The notes below the pieces were generated by a model. That model searched no databases, was not told where the DNA came from, and saw only the letters and a program-made list of their open reading frames with translations. From assembly GCA_043228905.1 (NCBI GenBank), contig JBHGNT010000330.1:1-34398 (forward strand): a stretch of DNA of 34,398 bases, in the 5' to 3' direction. This stretch comes from Azolla caroliniana (Eukaryota; Plantae; Polypodiophyta). Below are positions 14,201-25,951 of the stretch, piece by piece. Within the stretch, counting starts at the first letter, position 1, and every line of letters begins with the position of its first letter. The position numbers and the translations under genes were made by a program.

Positions 14201-16326
14201 GATAGCGTACGTGCACATCCTCGACGAGAAGCGTCAAAAACTTGACCCGAAGTCGGAGAAATGTATCCTCGTAGGATACTCATTGTAGCAAAGGGGGTAC
14301 AAGTGCTACAACCCTTCAACCCAAAAATCTCGAGTAAGTCGAGACGTCGTTTTTGACGAGTCTGCATCCTGGTACGCACCGAAGACAACTCTGACTTCGA
14401 CTCCGCTCGATCCGGAATCTGCCGACCAAGAGATCGAGGATCAAGATCGCCCTATGTGCATGATCGAAGAAAGTCCAATCACGACCCGACTGAGCGGACC
14501 ACAAGAGCCGTTGAGCGATCAAAGGCAAGGCGAAAATGGCGGAATACGAAGACGATCGCTTCGACGACGATGAATCGACTCACTCACTCGACAGTGAGTT
14601 CGGCGGCTTTGATGTACCAATCGGAGCTAAGAAAGCCCTCATCTCTGCAAATGAAAAACTCCGCCGATCCACTCGTGAAAAGAACCCCGTAAGCCGATTC
14701 GGCTACAACGATTATATGGCGTACCATTACGCCTTTATGATGAAGGTAGCGATAGTACAGGAGCCGGAAACCTTTTCGGAAGCCACGAAGGATCTGCAAT
14801 GGATCGAAGCAATGAACGAAGAGATGCAGGCACTAAGAAAGAACAAGATGTGGGATCTCGTTCCCACCTCACCACACAAAAAGGCGATCGAATGTAGATG
14901 AATCTACAAGGTGAAGTATAACGTCGATGGCTCCGTAAACCGCTATAAAGCTCGACTCGTAGCGAAAGGATACGCTCAGACACATGGCGTCAACTACGAA
15001 GAGACCTTTGCCCCGGTGGCAAAGATGACGACGGTGCGGACTGTAATTGCAATTGCCGTGGCGAAAGGGTGGCACCTCCATCAAATGGACGTCAAGAACG
15101 CCTTTCTACAAGGCGAATTAGAAGAGGTGTACATGATCCAACCACCCGGCGTCAACTCGAGCACCCATCCGAAAGCTGTATGCCAACTCAAGAAGCCACT
15201 CTACGGCCTCAAGCAAGCACCCCGTGCTTGGCATTCGAAGATAACGCAATATCTTCATCAAATCGGCTTTCGTATGTCAAAATCAGACAACTCCCTCTAC
15301 ATACGAAGCGATTCTGCAAATCCGATTGTCATCATTTTATATGTGGATGACCTAGTCATTGGAGATGAGTATCTCGTCGAAATCAATAAAGTCAAATCCC
15401 TCCTTTCCGACAAGTTCGAGATGACGGACATGAAGGAGCTCCACTATTTCCTTGGCATCGAGGTAATTCAGACTCCGGCCGGAATCATGATCTCTCAACG
15501 GCACTACATCCTCAACTTGTTATACAAGTTCGGGATGGTTGAGTGCAAATCCGTGGCAACCCCACTCGATCGCAATCTCAAACTAGATGCGAACTCTGGC
15601 ACCAAAGCGTGTGAGTCGACTCAGTATCGGCAACTCATCGGGAGTATCATCTACCTCACGATCACACGACTCGATCTCAGTTATCTAGTCGGTCTCCTTA
15701 ACCAATTCATGCAAACACCGCGTGATACTCACTTGGATTGCGCTAAGCGAGTTCTACGCTATGTGAGCGGCACAATGGATTGCGGCATCCTCTACAAGAC
15801 CGTGATGCCAATACGACTTGAGGGGTACACAAACGCCGATTGGGCCGGCTACAAAGATGATAGAAGATCAACCTCCGGATTTGTTTTCATCCTCGGCAGC
15901 GGAGCAATATCCTGGAGTAGCAAGAAGTAGCCTACCGTCACTCTTTCGAGTATGGAGGCGGAATACAGGGGTGCAACCGTAGCTGCGTGTGAAGCCGTAT
16001 GGCTCAAGAGGATTTTGAAGGATCTGGGCGTACCCATCAAGGATCCGACTTCCCTTTACTGTGACAACATGAGTAGTATCTATCTGGCTCGGAACCCGGT
16101 GTTCCACGCGCGGACAAAGCATATCGAAGTGCACTATTACTTCATCCGAGAGCGCGTTCTGGCTGGCGATGTCGACCTACAACACATTAGCACCAATCTT
16201 CAAACGACCGACATCTTCACTAAAGCCTTAGGAGCCGACAAGCTATGGCAATTCATGACCGATCTCGGATTGACGATCCCTGACCTGCCAAGCTTGAGGG
16301 GGAGTACTGAAGACACTACGCAATAA
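11247..16326 (+). pseudogene. Copia B gag-pol polyprotein (disrupted by stops, frameshifts and the solo-LTR insertion)
   Basis: EKLDRNNFASW (gag N-terminus); zinc knuckle CRYCGKLGHHEEEC; protease WFVDSGA; LWHKRIGH..CEAC; integrase VHFDVWG, PQQNGVAE; RT QMDVKNAFL, LYVDDL; RNase H YCDNMS, KHIEVHY. Confidence 0.93.
11676..12464 (-). mobile_element. Solo LTR (789 bp) of a Gypsy family related to element D, inserted in Copia B gag
   Basis: Termini TGTCGT...ACGACA, as in the Gypsy LTRs. 4-bp TSD GCGT (11672-11675, 12465-12468). Removing it restores gag LGSISVSIDDDEMVQICLGGL. Strand is inferred from end similarity to the 17146-18375 LTR. Confidence 0.85.
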
Positions 16327-16527
16327 CGCGTAGATTCCACAACCGCGCACTACGCAATAAGCAGCTACCGCGTAAAGCCGCAAGCCGAAGCACAGACTTC
16401 GTAACTATGCACAACGCAAGCTGGAGCACGGATTCCGCAACTCCGCATAAAGCGAGTCGACGCGGACTCCGGAACGCGAGTTGAAGCGGATTTCAGATAC
16501 TGTCTGAAACCGACCCGACTTGAGCTT

Positions 16528-16536
16528 GAGGGGGCG
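16528..16536 (+). other. Polypurine tract of Copia B
   Basis: GAGGGGGCG directly before the 3' LTR TGTTG. Confidence 0.85.
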
Positions 16537-16907
16537 TGTTGAGAATCAAGCTCAACTTAGTCTAGTGTGTGAACTCACCTTGAGAGTGAAGAGACACTCC
16601 AACGATCAAGAGTCATCATTATGTCACCACTTTGTATTCTAGCATTTAGTATAAGTCATAGAATCATATTCTATGACACATAACTTATGAGCTTTCACAT
16701 TCCCCATGCTCCATGAGTCTTGTGGTTAATGAAGAGAGAGGGTGACTACATAAAGCACCCTCCTCCCACCTTGTATAATGTTGAGTCTTTCTCCTTTGTC
16801 AATATACTTTTACCTTGCGTATTCCTTGTCTCTCTCACTCTCTCTCATACACACACATAACTCATATCTCTTCCGCTTCACAAGAATCCATCTCTTGATT
16901 CTTTACA
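16537..16907 (+). repeat. 3' LTR of Copia B (371 bp)
   Basis: Direct repeat of 10706-11084. Confidence 0.95.
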
Positions 16908-17145
16908 GTGTGTTACGTCTCATCGGTGGCCTTGATCGGAAGGAGGTCCGGTTTTGCTTACCAGCTAGGCAGTCGGTGCACCTCTCAAGATGCACGTTCT
17001 TCACCGAAACAAGGTTGTCATCGGCAAGCCTCTTCATCCCCTTCTCGCTCATGTGGCACAATCTCTTGTGTCACAGTTCACCGGTAGTGTCAGAAGCCAC
17101 GTTCACTTCTTCCGGGCATAACCGGGCATTCATCAGGTACAACGT
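16908..17145 (-). pseudogene. Copia A GAG-pre-integrase / integrase Zn-binding segment
   Basis: Minus-strand translation TLYLMNARLC..EL*HKRLCHMSEKGMKRL..CTDCLAGKQNRTSF, contiguous with 10705 once B is removed. Confidence 0.88.
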
Positions 17146-18375
17146 TGTCGCGAAAATGCGACGGGGATACGTGAACGTTGAGGCAAGACCCCGGGGCCTT
17201 TGTCTAGACGATATCAAATTCGTGTATTTATATACTAAGAATTAACCGAAATGAGAAAGATCAACAAATTTCATTAATAAAAGGGAAAAAAAGATTACAA
17301 TCAATCCCAAGATTGGGATTACCAAAGTTTTATCTTATGGAGATGATTAGAATATTAGAATAGAGGAAATAAGAGATTATGATTCTTGAGTGATATGGTT
17401 TTGACAAGGAATTTTGAGAGATTACTTCCGTATGGATATTATGGTTTACTTGAGCGATAACTTCCGTAGGGAAGATTAGGGTTCTTGGCTTCGATAAGAT
17501 AAGAGAGCTCCCAAAGAAAAGAATAGAAAATTAAGATAACATGGAGAGTCCTCGTGTCGAAAAAAAAACTGGAATAAATATGGAGTTCTCTCTTGATCAT
17601 AGCCTTTTCACTTTTTGTTGCATGGCCTCTACTTTTAGTTGCCTAGCTTTTTCTTTTGGTTGCATGTGACTGTCCACATGACCTTTACTTTTTCCATGCA
17701 CTCCCTTCTTTAGTTGCTTGCGTCCACATGGCCTTTACTTTAGTTCTCTTCACTTTACTTTAGTTTGTTGCATGATCCAATCTTTCGTCCGTCCGCGTCC
17801 AACATCGTCCGGTAGCCGGTTCCATTTTGCTTGCCGGTCGGTTCCGATTTTGCTTGCCGGTCGGTTCCAGTTTGCTTGCCGGTTTCAGTTCCGGTTTTGC
17901 TTGCCGGCCGGTTCTGGTTTGCTTGCCGGTTCCGATTCCGGTTTTTCTTGCCGGCCGGTTCTGGTTTTGCATATCGGCCGGTTTCCGGATTGCATACCGG
18001 CCCGTTTACGGATTTGCTTACCAGCCCGTTTCCGGATTTGCTTACCGGCCAGTTTCCAGTTTTAGGGAATTTGGCCACCATCATCCATCAAGACAAAGTG
18101 GCCAAAGTGCTCTTAGCACAAATGAAAAATGAGGGAGCTCAAGGTGTTTATATAGCCAAGGCTTTAACTTTCCTATCTATGTGGGATAGTTCTAATTTCT
18201 CTATCTAATCAAACTTCATTTTCTCATAACTTGATATGTATTTCTCCATTTTGTATATAGTAAAAAACATTTTGAAGCTCTTGAGTATATCCATCTTTCT
18301 ATAGTAAGCTATTAATCTAATCTATAATAATTATTTCATTATTTTTTTACATAGTGTGTGAAGATTCACACGACA
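17146..18375 (-). repeat. 3' LTR of Gypsy D (1230 bp) with a CCGG-rich minisatellite at ~17810-18060
   Basis: TGTCGC...CACGACA termini; near-identical to the sequence from 33320 onward. Confidence 0.93.
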
Positions 18376-18388
18376 TTCGCCCCCACCA
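18376..18388 (-). other. Polypurine tract of Gypsy D (TGGTGGGGGCGAA)
   Basis: Abuts the LTR on the minus strand. Confidence 0.8.
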
Positions 18389-18389
18389 A

Positions 18390-21300
18390 ACCTGCACATC
18401 CACTGGTATGTGCCAATTTTGGTGAGGATTCATTTTTGTTTACTATACTTTTTCATCGATGCTTAAGACTGAATCGTCAAAAGCTTCGAATCCAATTTCT
18501 ATTCTATCTCTTCTCTTGAAGATCTTGATTCTTTTACCGGCAATTGGCAAGGCAAGTGGTGTACCATCCAGTTCTACTAAATGATATGTTGCATTATCTT
18601 CCACTTTCTTCACCACATATGGCCCAAACCATCATTGTGAGAATTTTCGAGCCGTACTATGTTGGTTATCTAGGCTACTGTCATAGACTAGCACCCAATC
18701 TCCTTCAACGATTTTCCTCGACCGAAGTCGATGTCGTTTATCGAAGTCTTTCTTGTTCTTTAGCCTTGCATTCTTTAGTCGCGCTTTAGCCACCTCTACA
18801 TCTTCCAAATTCCGCTCTAATTGTCGAATCCTCAATGCTAGAAGATCTTCTCTACTTATCTCATCTTGCCATGGCAATGCAAACCATGAAATAATACTTT
18901 GTTCTACCGGCATTATTGGCTTTTGTCCGAATATGAGCTCTGCCGGCATGTATCCCGTCACCGTGCTATGAGTAGTCCTGTCAGCCCATAATGCAAATGG
19001 CAATAGACGTGGCCATTCTCCTATTTTCCCATGGCAAGCTTTCACTAGAGCCTTCACAATCGGTCCATGTCCACGCTCCACCTTCCCATTTGCTTCCGGA
19101 TTATACGCCATGGTAAGAGATAATTTGATTCCCATCCTCGAGAAGAATTCTCTAGCTTCATTGGCGTCCAACTCGCCTCTATCAGCCACTATCTTGCCGA
19201 CGCATCCATATCTGCAAATAACATCTTCAAGAAGGAATCGGCATACCGATGATGTCTCCTTAGTTCTTAATGCTCGCCCTTCAACTTGATTGGTAAGATC
19301 CTCTCTCACGAGCACAAGATACTTCATCTGCCATCGTCCCATTGGCATCATCACTATGTCCACCATCCACTTGTAATGCATAGCCAACGGGTAAGTCGAA
19401 TGAAGTCCATCTCGATGACGAATATTCGAAAACATTTGACATTCCTTACACGTTTCTACATAAGCTGCTACATCTTTGTAGATGCCCGGCCACCAATATT
19501 TCTCCTTAAGCTTCGCAAACGTAGCCCATATTCCTCGATGGCCTGCAAAAACACTATCATGAAATTCGGACATTAGTCTTTGTTGGTCTTCTAGCTTGCA
19601 GACAACTCTCATCGGAGTCCCATTCTTCTTTTTTGCATGTTTCCAAAGAGCTCCATCCTTAAGGAAATACTTGTATGCTTTCTTCCGAATTCGATGGAAG
19701 TCTTCCGTCGACCATGATTCATCTTTTTGGAGAGAACTCAAGTATTTCCCGATCTCCACGAATTCGCCTTCGTAGTCCTCTTCTATGAAAGTAGTCAACA
19801 CCCGAGCATAGGAACTTGCAAAGAAATCCAAGCCAACATCATCTTCATCAGAATGTCGATCTTCTTCTCCGTCGTATCTCGCTCGTGATAGCATGTCTGC
19901 AACGACATTACGCTTCCCAACTACATGACGGATCTCCGGGTTGAGTGATTTGATATATGCAATCCAACGCAACATGGCAATATTCGGTGTATTACAACCA
20001 GATATCATACCCAAAATTGGTAGGCAATCTGTCTCAATTATGACTTCTGCTCCAATAAGGTAATCACGATCAGATTTGATTGCCGAGACGATCCCCCATA
20101 GCTCCCTCTTCACTTGGGCATACCTTCTTTGCCTGTCACTTAACACTTTCACGCCAAACCGAATTGCATATCGGTTGCAATCTTCATCTTCTTGGTTGAT
20201 AACCCATCCAATTCCGATTGGACTAGTATCCACAGTCACGAAAATGGGCTTGCCGTATGAATAGTCCGCTTTCCGTAATGCAGGTGCCTCCATCAATAAT
20301 TTCTTCAGCCTTCGGATGGCGATTGTATGCTCGCTCGTCCATTCGAACATCCGCTTCTTCTTTAGTAGACCATATAATGGCTCAGCAATGTGGGCGTAGT
20401 GTGGAATCCAAATATGATAAAACGTGCATGCTCCAAGGAACCTTCGAACCTCCGTTTGGGTTACACATTCTTCTTTCATGTCTTGAATTGCATTCACCTT
20501 GGATGGCGAAGGCTTCCGATCGTATGCTCCACACAAGTGACCTACCACCAAGATCTCCGGTTGCCCGAATGCGGATTTTTCTCCCGAAAATGTCAAATTC
20601 GCATCTTCGAGCCTTTGGAGCACCTTCTCGCAATCTTTCATATGATCCATGACGAACTTTCTACATCCATCCTTATCTTTTGATTCATCCTTCTCTTCAT
20701 CCGAACATCCTTTTATCGGAATATCATCTAAGAATGACATCGTGATATCCGGGATGCAATCCTTCAAGACCTTGTTCATGGCATTCACCATATGAGCCAC
20801 CGAGTTCGTTGCGCCTTGAGGTAAGGTACACATCCGCACCAACCCGATTGGAGTTCTCATGGTTGTAATGTCACGACTGTCGACCGCCAACTGGAATTGA
20901 TCGTAGCCAGAGTAAAGATCGCCGATGGAGTAGATGGACCGGCCCGCAAACGCCTCGGCAAATTCATCCACACTCGGACCGATTCCAGCATTCCGAATTG
21001 TCGTTGAAGATCTTGAATGAATCGTAACGATCCATTCTTCTTTGGCACCGTGAGCCACCTATTAGAATAAGGAGCATTCGACGGTTCTAGAATTCCCATC
21101 CTCACCTTCTCCTTTAAGAGCTCGATCAGCTTCGGTAGGTGTGCTCTCAGAACCGGTATCGGTTTCAAATTCCAAGGCACATGCGGCACCGTAAAGATCA
21201 CCATCGGTTCTACCGTCCTTGGATTAGCACACCCGATTTCCTGTGGGAAAAACGCGAAAGCCTTCCCATGTCTTTCAAGCATTCCACGAAACATCCGCTC

Positions 21301-21879
21301 CTCTTCAGGGAGGAGGAAATCCTCCCTTCCAACTCGTAGCTTTCCCTTCGTCTCTTCAGTGAAGACGTGACCAATTGTATTTGGGTTCCTTAAGCTTGGA
21401 TCTTTTGCAACTTCCTTCATCTTTTGCCAGCTATCTTCCGGTAGCGGAACTGCAACTGGCTTGATCTTCCTATCCACGGTTTTATATTTTGTGTTGACTT
21501 CGACTTCCTCTATCAAGATGCCTTGATGATATTCATCGATGATAGTATACATGTTGATGGAGTTAACCGAAATCACATGTCGATGGTGAGGATAGCTCAA
21601 ATCCACGACTTCCTCGATTTCGCCGATGGTGTCGTTAAATGAGGCTTCCTCCAGAATATATGACACGAATTCTTCTTCTTCGATTATGCTTTCTTCTTTC
21701 AGCACCTCCTCGAAGTCTTGTATTTGACACTTTTCCTTCTTGTTGAGTAGTCTAAGTTTGCATGCGCCGCCAGGTGTGACGCATGTTGCTTCTCCTTGCA
21801 ATCCACGCACTTTGCTTCCTTGTGGGGACTTATGATTGCTCGGACTATTTGTGCCCCATGCTTCAATAGTCCGCTTTAA
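18390..21879 (-). pseudogene. Gypsy D pol: RT, RNase H, integrase (frameshifting lesion near 21005, stop at 18632)
   Basis: RT DLYSGYDQ, LPQGATNS, FLDD; RNase H VDTS..ELWG..ETDC..VADMLSR; integrase H-H-C-C (EFHDSVFAGHRG..CKEC), ADRGE, NGKVER, WFGPY. Confidence 0.93.
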
Positions 21880-21885
21880 AAATCC
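21823..21885 (-). promoter_or_regulatory. Programmed -1 ribosomal frameshift signal (G_GAU_UUU plus predicted H-type pseudoknot)
   Basis: Slippery heptamer 21885-21879 directly before the gag-pro TAA; 5-nt spacer; stem CGGACTATT/AATAGTCCG; loop TGGGG complementary to downstream CCCCA; the -1 frame is open into pol. Confidence 0.8.
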
Positions 21886-21928
21886 GAGGATTCGCCTCCA
21901 AGGCTATCTCGGTTCCTTTCATGATTAG

Positions 21929-21964
21929 AACACGTTCGTGTTCACAAGTGGAAGGATCGCGCAT
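21929..21964 (+). repeat. Left TIR AACACGTTCGTGTTCACAAGTGGAAGGATCGCGCAT
   Basis: Reverse complement of 31099-31134 with three transition mismatches. Confidence 0.93.
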
Positions 21965-22286
21965 AAATGGAAGGATAAGGGAAATTTCAGGGGTTTTTCA
22001 ATGATTTTACAAAACACATTGATACCAGTATCATACAAGTTCAAACATACTATGAAAAAGGTTAAAAATCCACTATTTTCGTGATTTAGAAGTAACTAAA
22101 AAAAGACGAATTTCAAAAACATACATTCTCAATTTATATCACAAACTTTACAACCAATGTTATTTTATAATAAATGATTTTTTAGAAATCATAAGAATTC
22201 AAAACACATGATTTTATATTACTCGATTTGTTACAAGCGGAATGTAGTTACACTTAATAGCCAAATATACATTCATGATCACTCCT

Positions 22287-25090
22287 TTACGGAGAATCAC
22301 TACTATAACTAATATACAATGACGATTCCTCCTCATCATCCTCGGATGTACCAATCAGTGCATTATCTTCGTCATAAACCAAATGGTTTGACTCTAGATT
22401 ATATGTAGCAGATCTCGTTTGCCTTTGACTCGAGCCACCTTGTAGACCTGGTAATTTTTCTTTTATTATATCTATTGTTGACTTCCTTAATCGTCCGGCT
22501 TTTGTAAGTGTGAAGTCGTACACGATGATATCCACATTAGAGATATCAAGGGTCGAGGTGTTACGAATGTTTCGCTTCCTCTTCCTACCTCCCCTTCTTG
22601 TATGGCATTCAATCATCTCCAATGTATACTTACCTGTAAAAGCATTTGCACTTCTAGTGTTGTACCAATGAACATTTATAGACTTGATCGTGTTTTCTAT
22701 TTCATGCATTAGCACTTCTAGAATTTTACCAACCCAAAATTGGTGGCCATGTGAGTTCTCATAAGCCGGCGTTGCAATCAACATCCCCGCGGTGAGCTCT
22801 TGCAAATTTCCTTGCCATCTAGCTTCGGCTGCTTTCGTCATCCTTGGTCCCACATAAATGTCTCTTTGTTGTGGATGGACCAAGCTGTCATTAATCGCAT
22901 TTACTAGTTGCTCTGGACTTCTATTTACGCGATCATGTTGCAGCGACCATGTGAATGGCGTTTCCAAATTCCAATTATCAACAGATACACAATTGTCTAT
23001 AATTTCTTTCTGATCACTATAAAATACATCCCACCATAACGTGTCTTGTTGTGCGGCATATTTCTTGGCGGCCTCAATATGCTTTCTTTTTTCTTCTAAG
23101 GCTTGGACCCATGACCGTTTTTGTTCTGATACCAAGTCGCTCTGCAACTGTCCTTTCTTCTCAATTGGCATTTGCTTAGCTCCATGGACAATTGTACTCG
23201 GCATACAAAGTAATAACTGGCAACCACCTTCAGGTTCCCATGTTGTAGAAGATGAATATTGTTTAGCATACAAAAGTGTAGAACCACTTATTCCATTTTT
23301 CTTTATCAAAAAAATGTGATTGAAACTTATATTGTTTAACTGAGCAAGCACTTTAACATTCCCACCACCCCCATCTAATATATATCTCTTAAAGTCATAT
23401 ACCTCCTTCAAGTGTAACACTTTTGGGCGTGGTGTATAAGCATCACAAATGACATCAAATAGTTTAGGTAAAGTGAAAGCATCATGCCGAGACAACTGTC
23501 TGGAGAATGTGCTAAACATCTGATCTATATGGTCATGTGTGTGGCCAACCAAAAGGAAATTGACTTTCACTTTCCTAAACAATTCTAGGTTGACCAACAT
23601 ACTTAGATAGCCAAATACAGTTGAATTTTTGTTCTCTCTAGCAGTATTGTCCAATTGAATGTATAGAACAGGGGGGAAAGGTTGTCCCCAAGACATCAAA
23701 ACTCGGTGAATCACTGTAACTCTTAGGTTAGGGTCGTTGTGAACATTGGGGTAAGTAATGAAGACGTGAGGTCGAACAGACCTATTATAAGCCAAGCATC
23801 CCACCAAGTGCATTTGAACAAGGCACTCATCATTGACATCTTTGGGGAGCCTCCGCATATGCGGCAAGCATGTCTTCTTCTGGTCCATGCCATCTATCAT
23901 TAAGCACATGTATTGTTCGGGCCTCTTCAAACACTTCTCTCTATGATGCATCGCCTTCCTTCGTTCTAAGGATTGTGCCTCACGATGCTCTTGTAGTAAC
24001 TTCTTACTCGTATCCTTTTCCATTGATGTCTTTGCACCTTTAGCCAAACTTTTAAGATTTGCACAAATGGAGCAATACCCCATACGTACTTTACGAGGAA
24101 TAATAACATTTGAAAACCGAGCTCTCCATAATCTTGTGAATTGGCTATAGGTGATAGACTTATTACGTGAGCCCAACATATCAGATCGATAGACATCATA
24201 AACTTCTCGACGTGTATAATTATCAGAAAGATGCATCCTACCTGTAGTGGGCATTACTTCCGACGTGTATAATTATCAGAAAGATGCATCCTACCTGTAG
24301 TGGGCATTACTTCACCAATAGCTAGTCTTCCAATTGCACCTTTCATACTTGGAACCTCTTTACAATTGAGCATCTGATCCCCGCTAAGTAGACGTTGTTG
24401 TACTCTATGTAGCCGCATGTTACTAACACATAACGCAATTTTGAATGCAACTCTACATATCTGTTGCGCATGGAAGATATAATACTCGAATGATACTTTG
24501 ATCCCCGTACATTTGTCAGATACTAGTTGCATATGTGACCCGAGGTAAGTGTCTTGCTCATCACCGGTCATCGAAAAATAGTATCGCCTTAATTCTCGCA
24601 ACTTTGATTTTCCAATCATAGACATACAACCACGGGCACAACATATTTTGTTGACATCAAATCCAATCTGTTTATCTGATGTCACCAAGCTAAATCTAGC
24701 CAGACGAATTCTTCGTGGGATTCTTCTAATATGCATAGGGCTCCCAGATATCTCTTCCTGCATAGAGGTTGGTGTAACCTCGTTACAGTCTAATTCTCTG
24801 TTGTGACCATCGCCAATGTTATTCAATGTTTCCTGAGCACTTCCTTCATTCTCGGTATCTTTATTAATATTGTATTCTTCAATAGAGAACTCTTCACATG
24901 TGTCATTATTTACATTCCCTGTAGATGAGCTCAAACAATATTCTTCAATAGAATATGGTGAGTCGGTCGACAGACAATATTCTTCAATCGAATATGGTGA
25001 CTCTGTTGACAAACAATACTCTTCAGTAGAAAACGATGGGTCTGATGACAAACAATATTCTTCAATCGAGAACGGTGAATCTTCACTCAT
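22287..25090 (-). pseudogene. Sola-like DDD transposase (~916 aa once a 53-bp internal duplication is removed)
   Basis: CSIC..H..A motif, then LMIDGMDQKKTCLP, LYIQLDNTARENKN, FLLVGHTHDHIDQMFS. N-terminal CCARGC..CRVAF Cys cluster. ORFs 24254-25090 and 22287-24254 fuse when 24208-24260 or 24261-24313 is deleted. Confidence 0.82.
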
Positions 25091-25791
25091 GGCTTAAGGT
25101 CTAGATAGGGCTCTCTAAGTTATGTGCTCAGGGTAAGGAAAAAAACTAATAAGCTCCTCTCTAAACATATACTCCTCTCTAAACATAAACTTCTCTCTAA
25201 ACAAAAGCCAAATCAATAGAATGTCTATATTATGTAATATTCTATTAATACAATACATCAAAAAATTATTTTTAATAAAGTAATTGTACTTAAAATATCA
25301 ATTATTATATAAACTAGATCTATATGAAGTTAAATCAAGTAAAATATAAAACTAATCATTAACAAGCCATGAATATGTTGGATTAATGTTAAAATCATTG
25401 GCTAATTAATGGCACCCATTTTGATATAGAACGTCTCAATCATTGGTTCTTTAATGCTCACCATTTTATATATTAGACTTATCAATCATTGGTTAATTCA
25501 TGCCAACATCTTTAATACATAGCATTTGAGAGTCATAAAATTTGTTGCTTTTAGTAATCAATCATTGGTACATTCATGAACCTCTATCATTGTCTCCTTC
25601 ATAACCTTTGAAGTCATTGTAGGTTGTTATGACTATAAAAGATTGATCAATATGTTAGTTTGACTTTGTAATCATTAATACAATCATAAGTTACTCTAGT
25701 TAATGTGACTATGGTTACCAACTAACTATCCTCAAAGTTACCAACCTTGGTTAAGGTGACTATGGTTACTTTAACCAATGTGTTCAATCCC

Positions 25792-25799
25792 TATAAATA
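25792..25799 (+). promoter_or_regulatory. TATA box of the cargo gene
   Basis: CTATAAATAG, with CCAAT at 25775, about 150 bp upstream of ATG 25952. Confidence 0.6.
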
Positions 25800-25826
25800 G
25801 GAAGACCTCATCATATTTCACTCACC

Positions 25827-25915
25827 AGAGCGTACAGAGCGTACAGAGCGTACAGAGCACACAGAACGTAGAGAGCACACAGAGCACACAAAGCACACAA
25901 AGCACAAAGCACGAA
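25827..25915 (+). repeat. 9-bp tandem repeats (CAGAGCGTA / CAGAGCACA) in the predicted 5' UTR
   Basis: Read directly from the sequence. Confidence 0.8.
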
Positions 25916-25951
25916 AGCGCGATCTCCGCCTCCACTTCCACACGATCAACG

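Larger units (their letters stand above)
10706..16907 (+). mobile_element. Full-length Ty1/Copia LTR retrotransposon B, inserted at the start of the Copia A integrase core
   Basis: Two LTRs (TGTTGAG...TTTACA); perfect 5-bp TSD GTGTG (10701-10705 and 16908-16912); iMet PBS; PPT; gag-PR-INT-RT-RH order. Confidence 0.96.
7456..17145 (-). mobile_element. Ty1/Copia LTR retrotransposon A (Tnt1/Tork-like), 3' portion; interrupted by element B at 10706-16907 and by the Gypsy element at 17146
   Basis: 3' LTR and PPT present; domain order INT-RT-RNaseH on the minus strand. The reading frame rejoins across B (...RSRPPMRRNT|PLELVHTDVC). The 5' part lies beyond the window. Expected TSD is ATAAC (7451-7455). 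Confidence 0.9.

Noticed and set aside
17718-18208. Overlapping ORFs within the Gypsy LTRs (also 33924-34382) and the Copia LTR (7481-8338)
   Set aside because: Open frames arise from GC-rich minisatellites lacking stop codons
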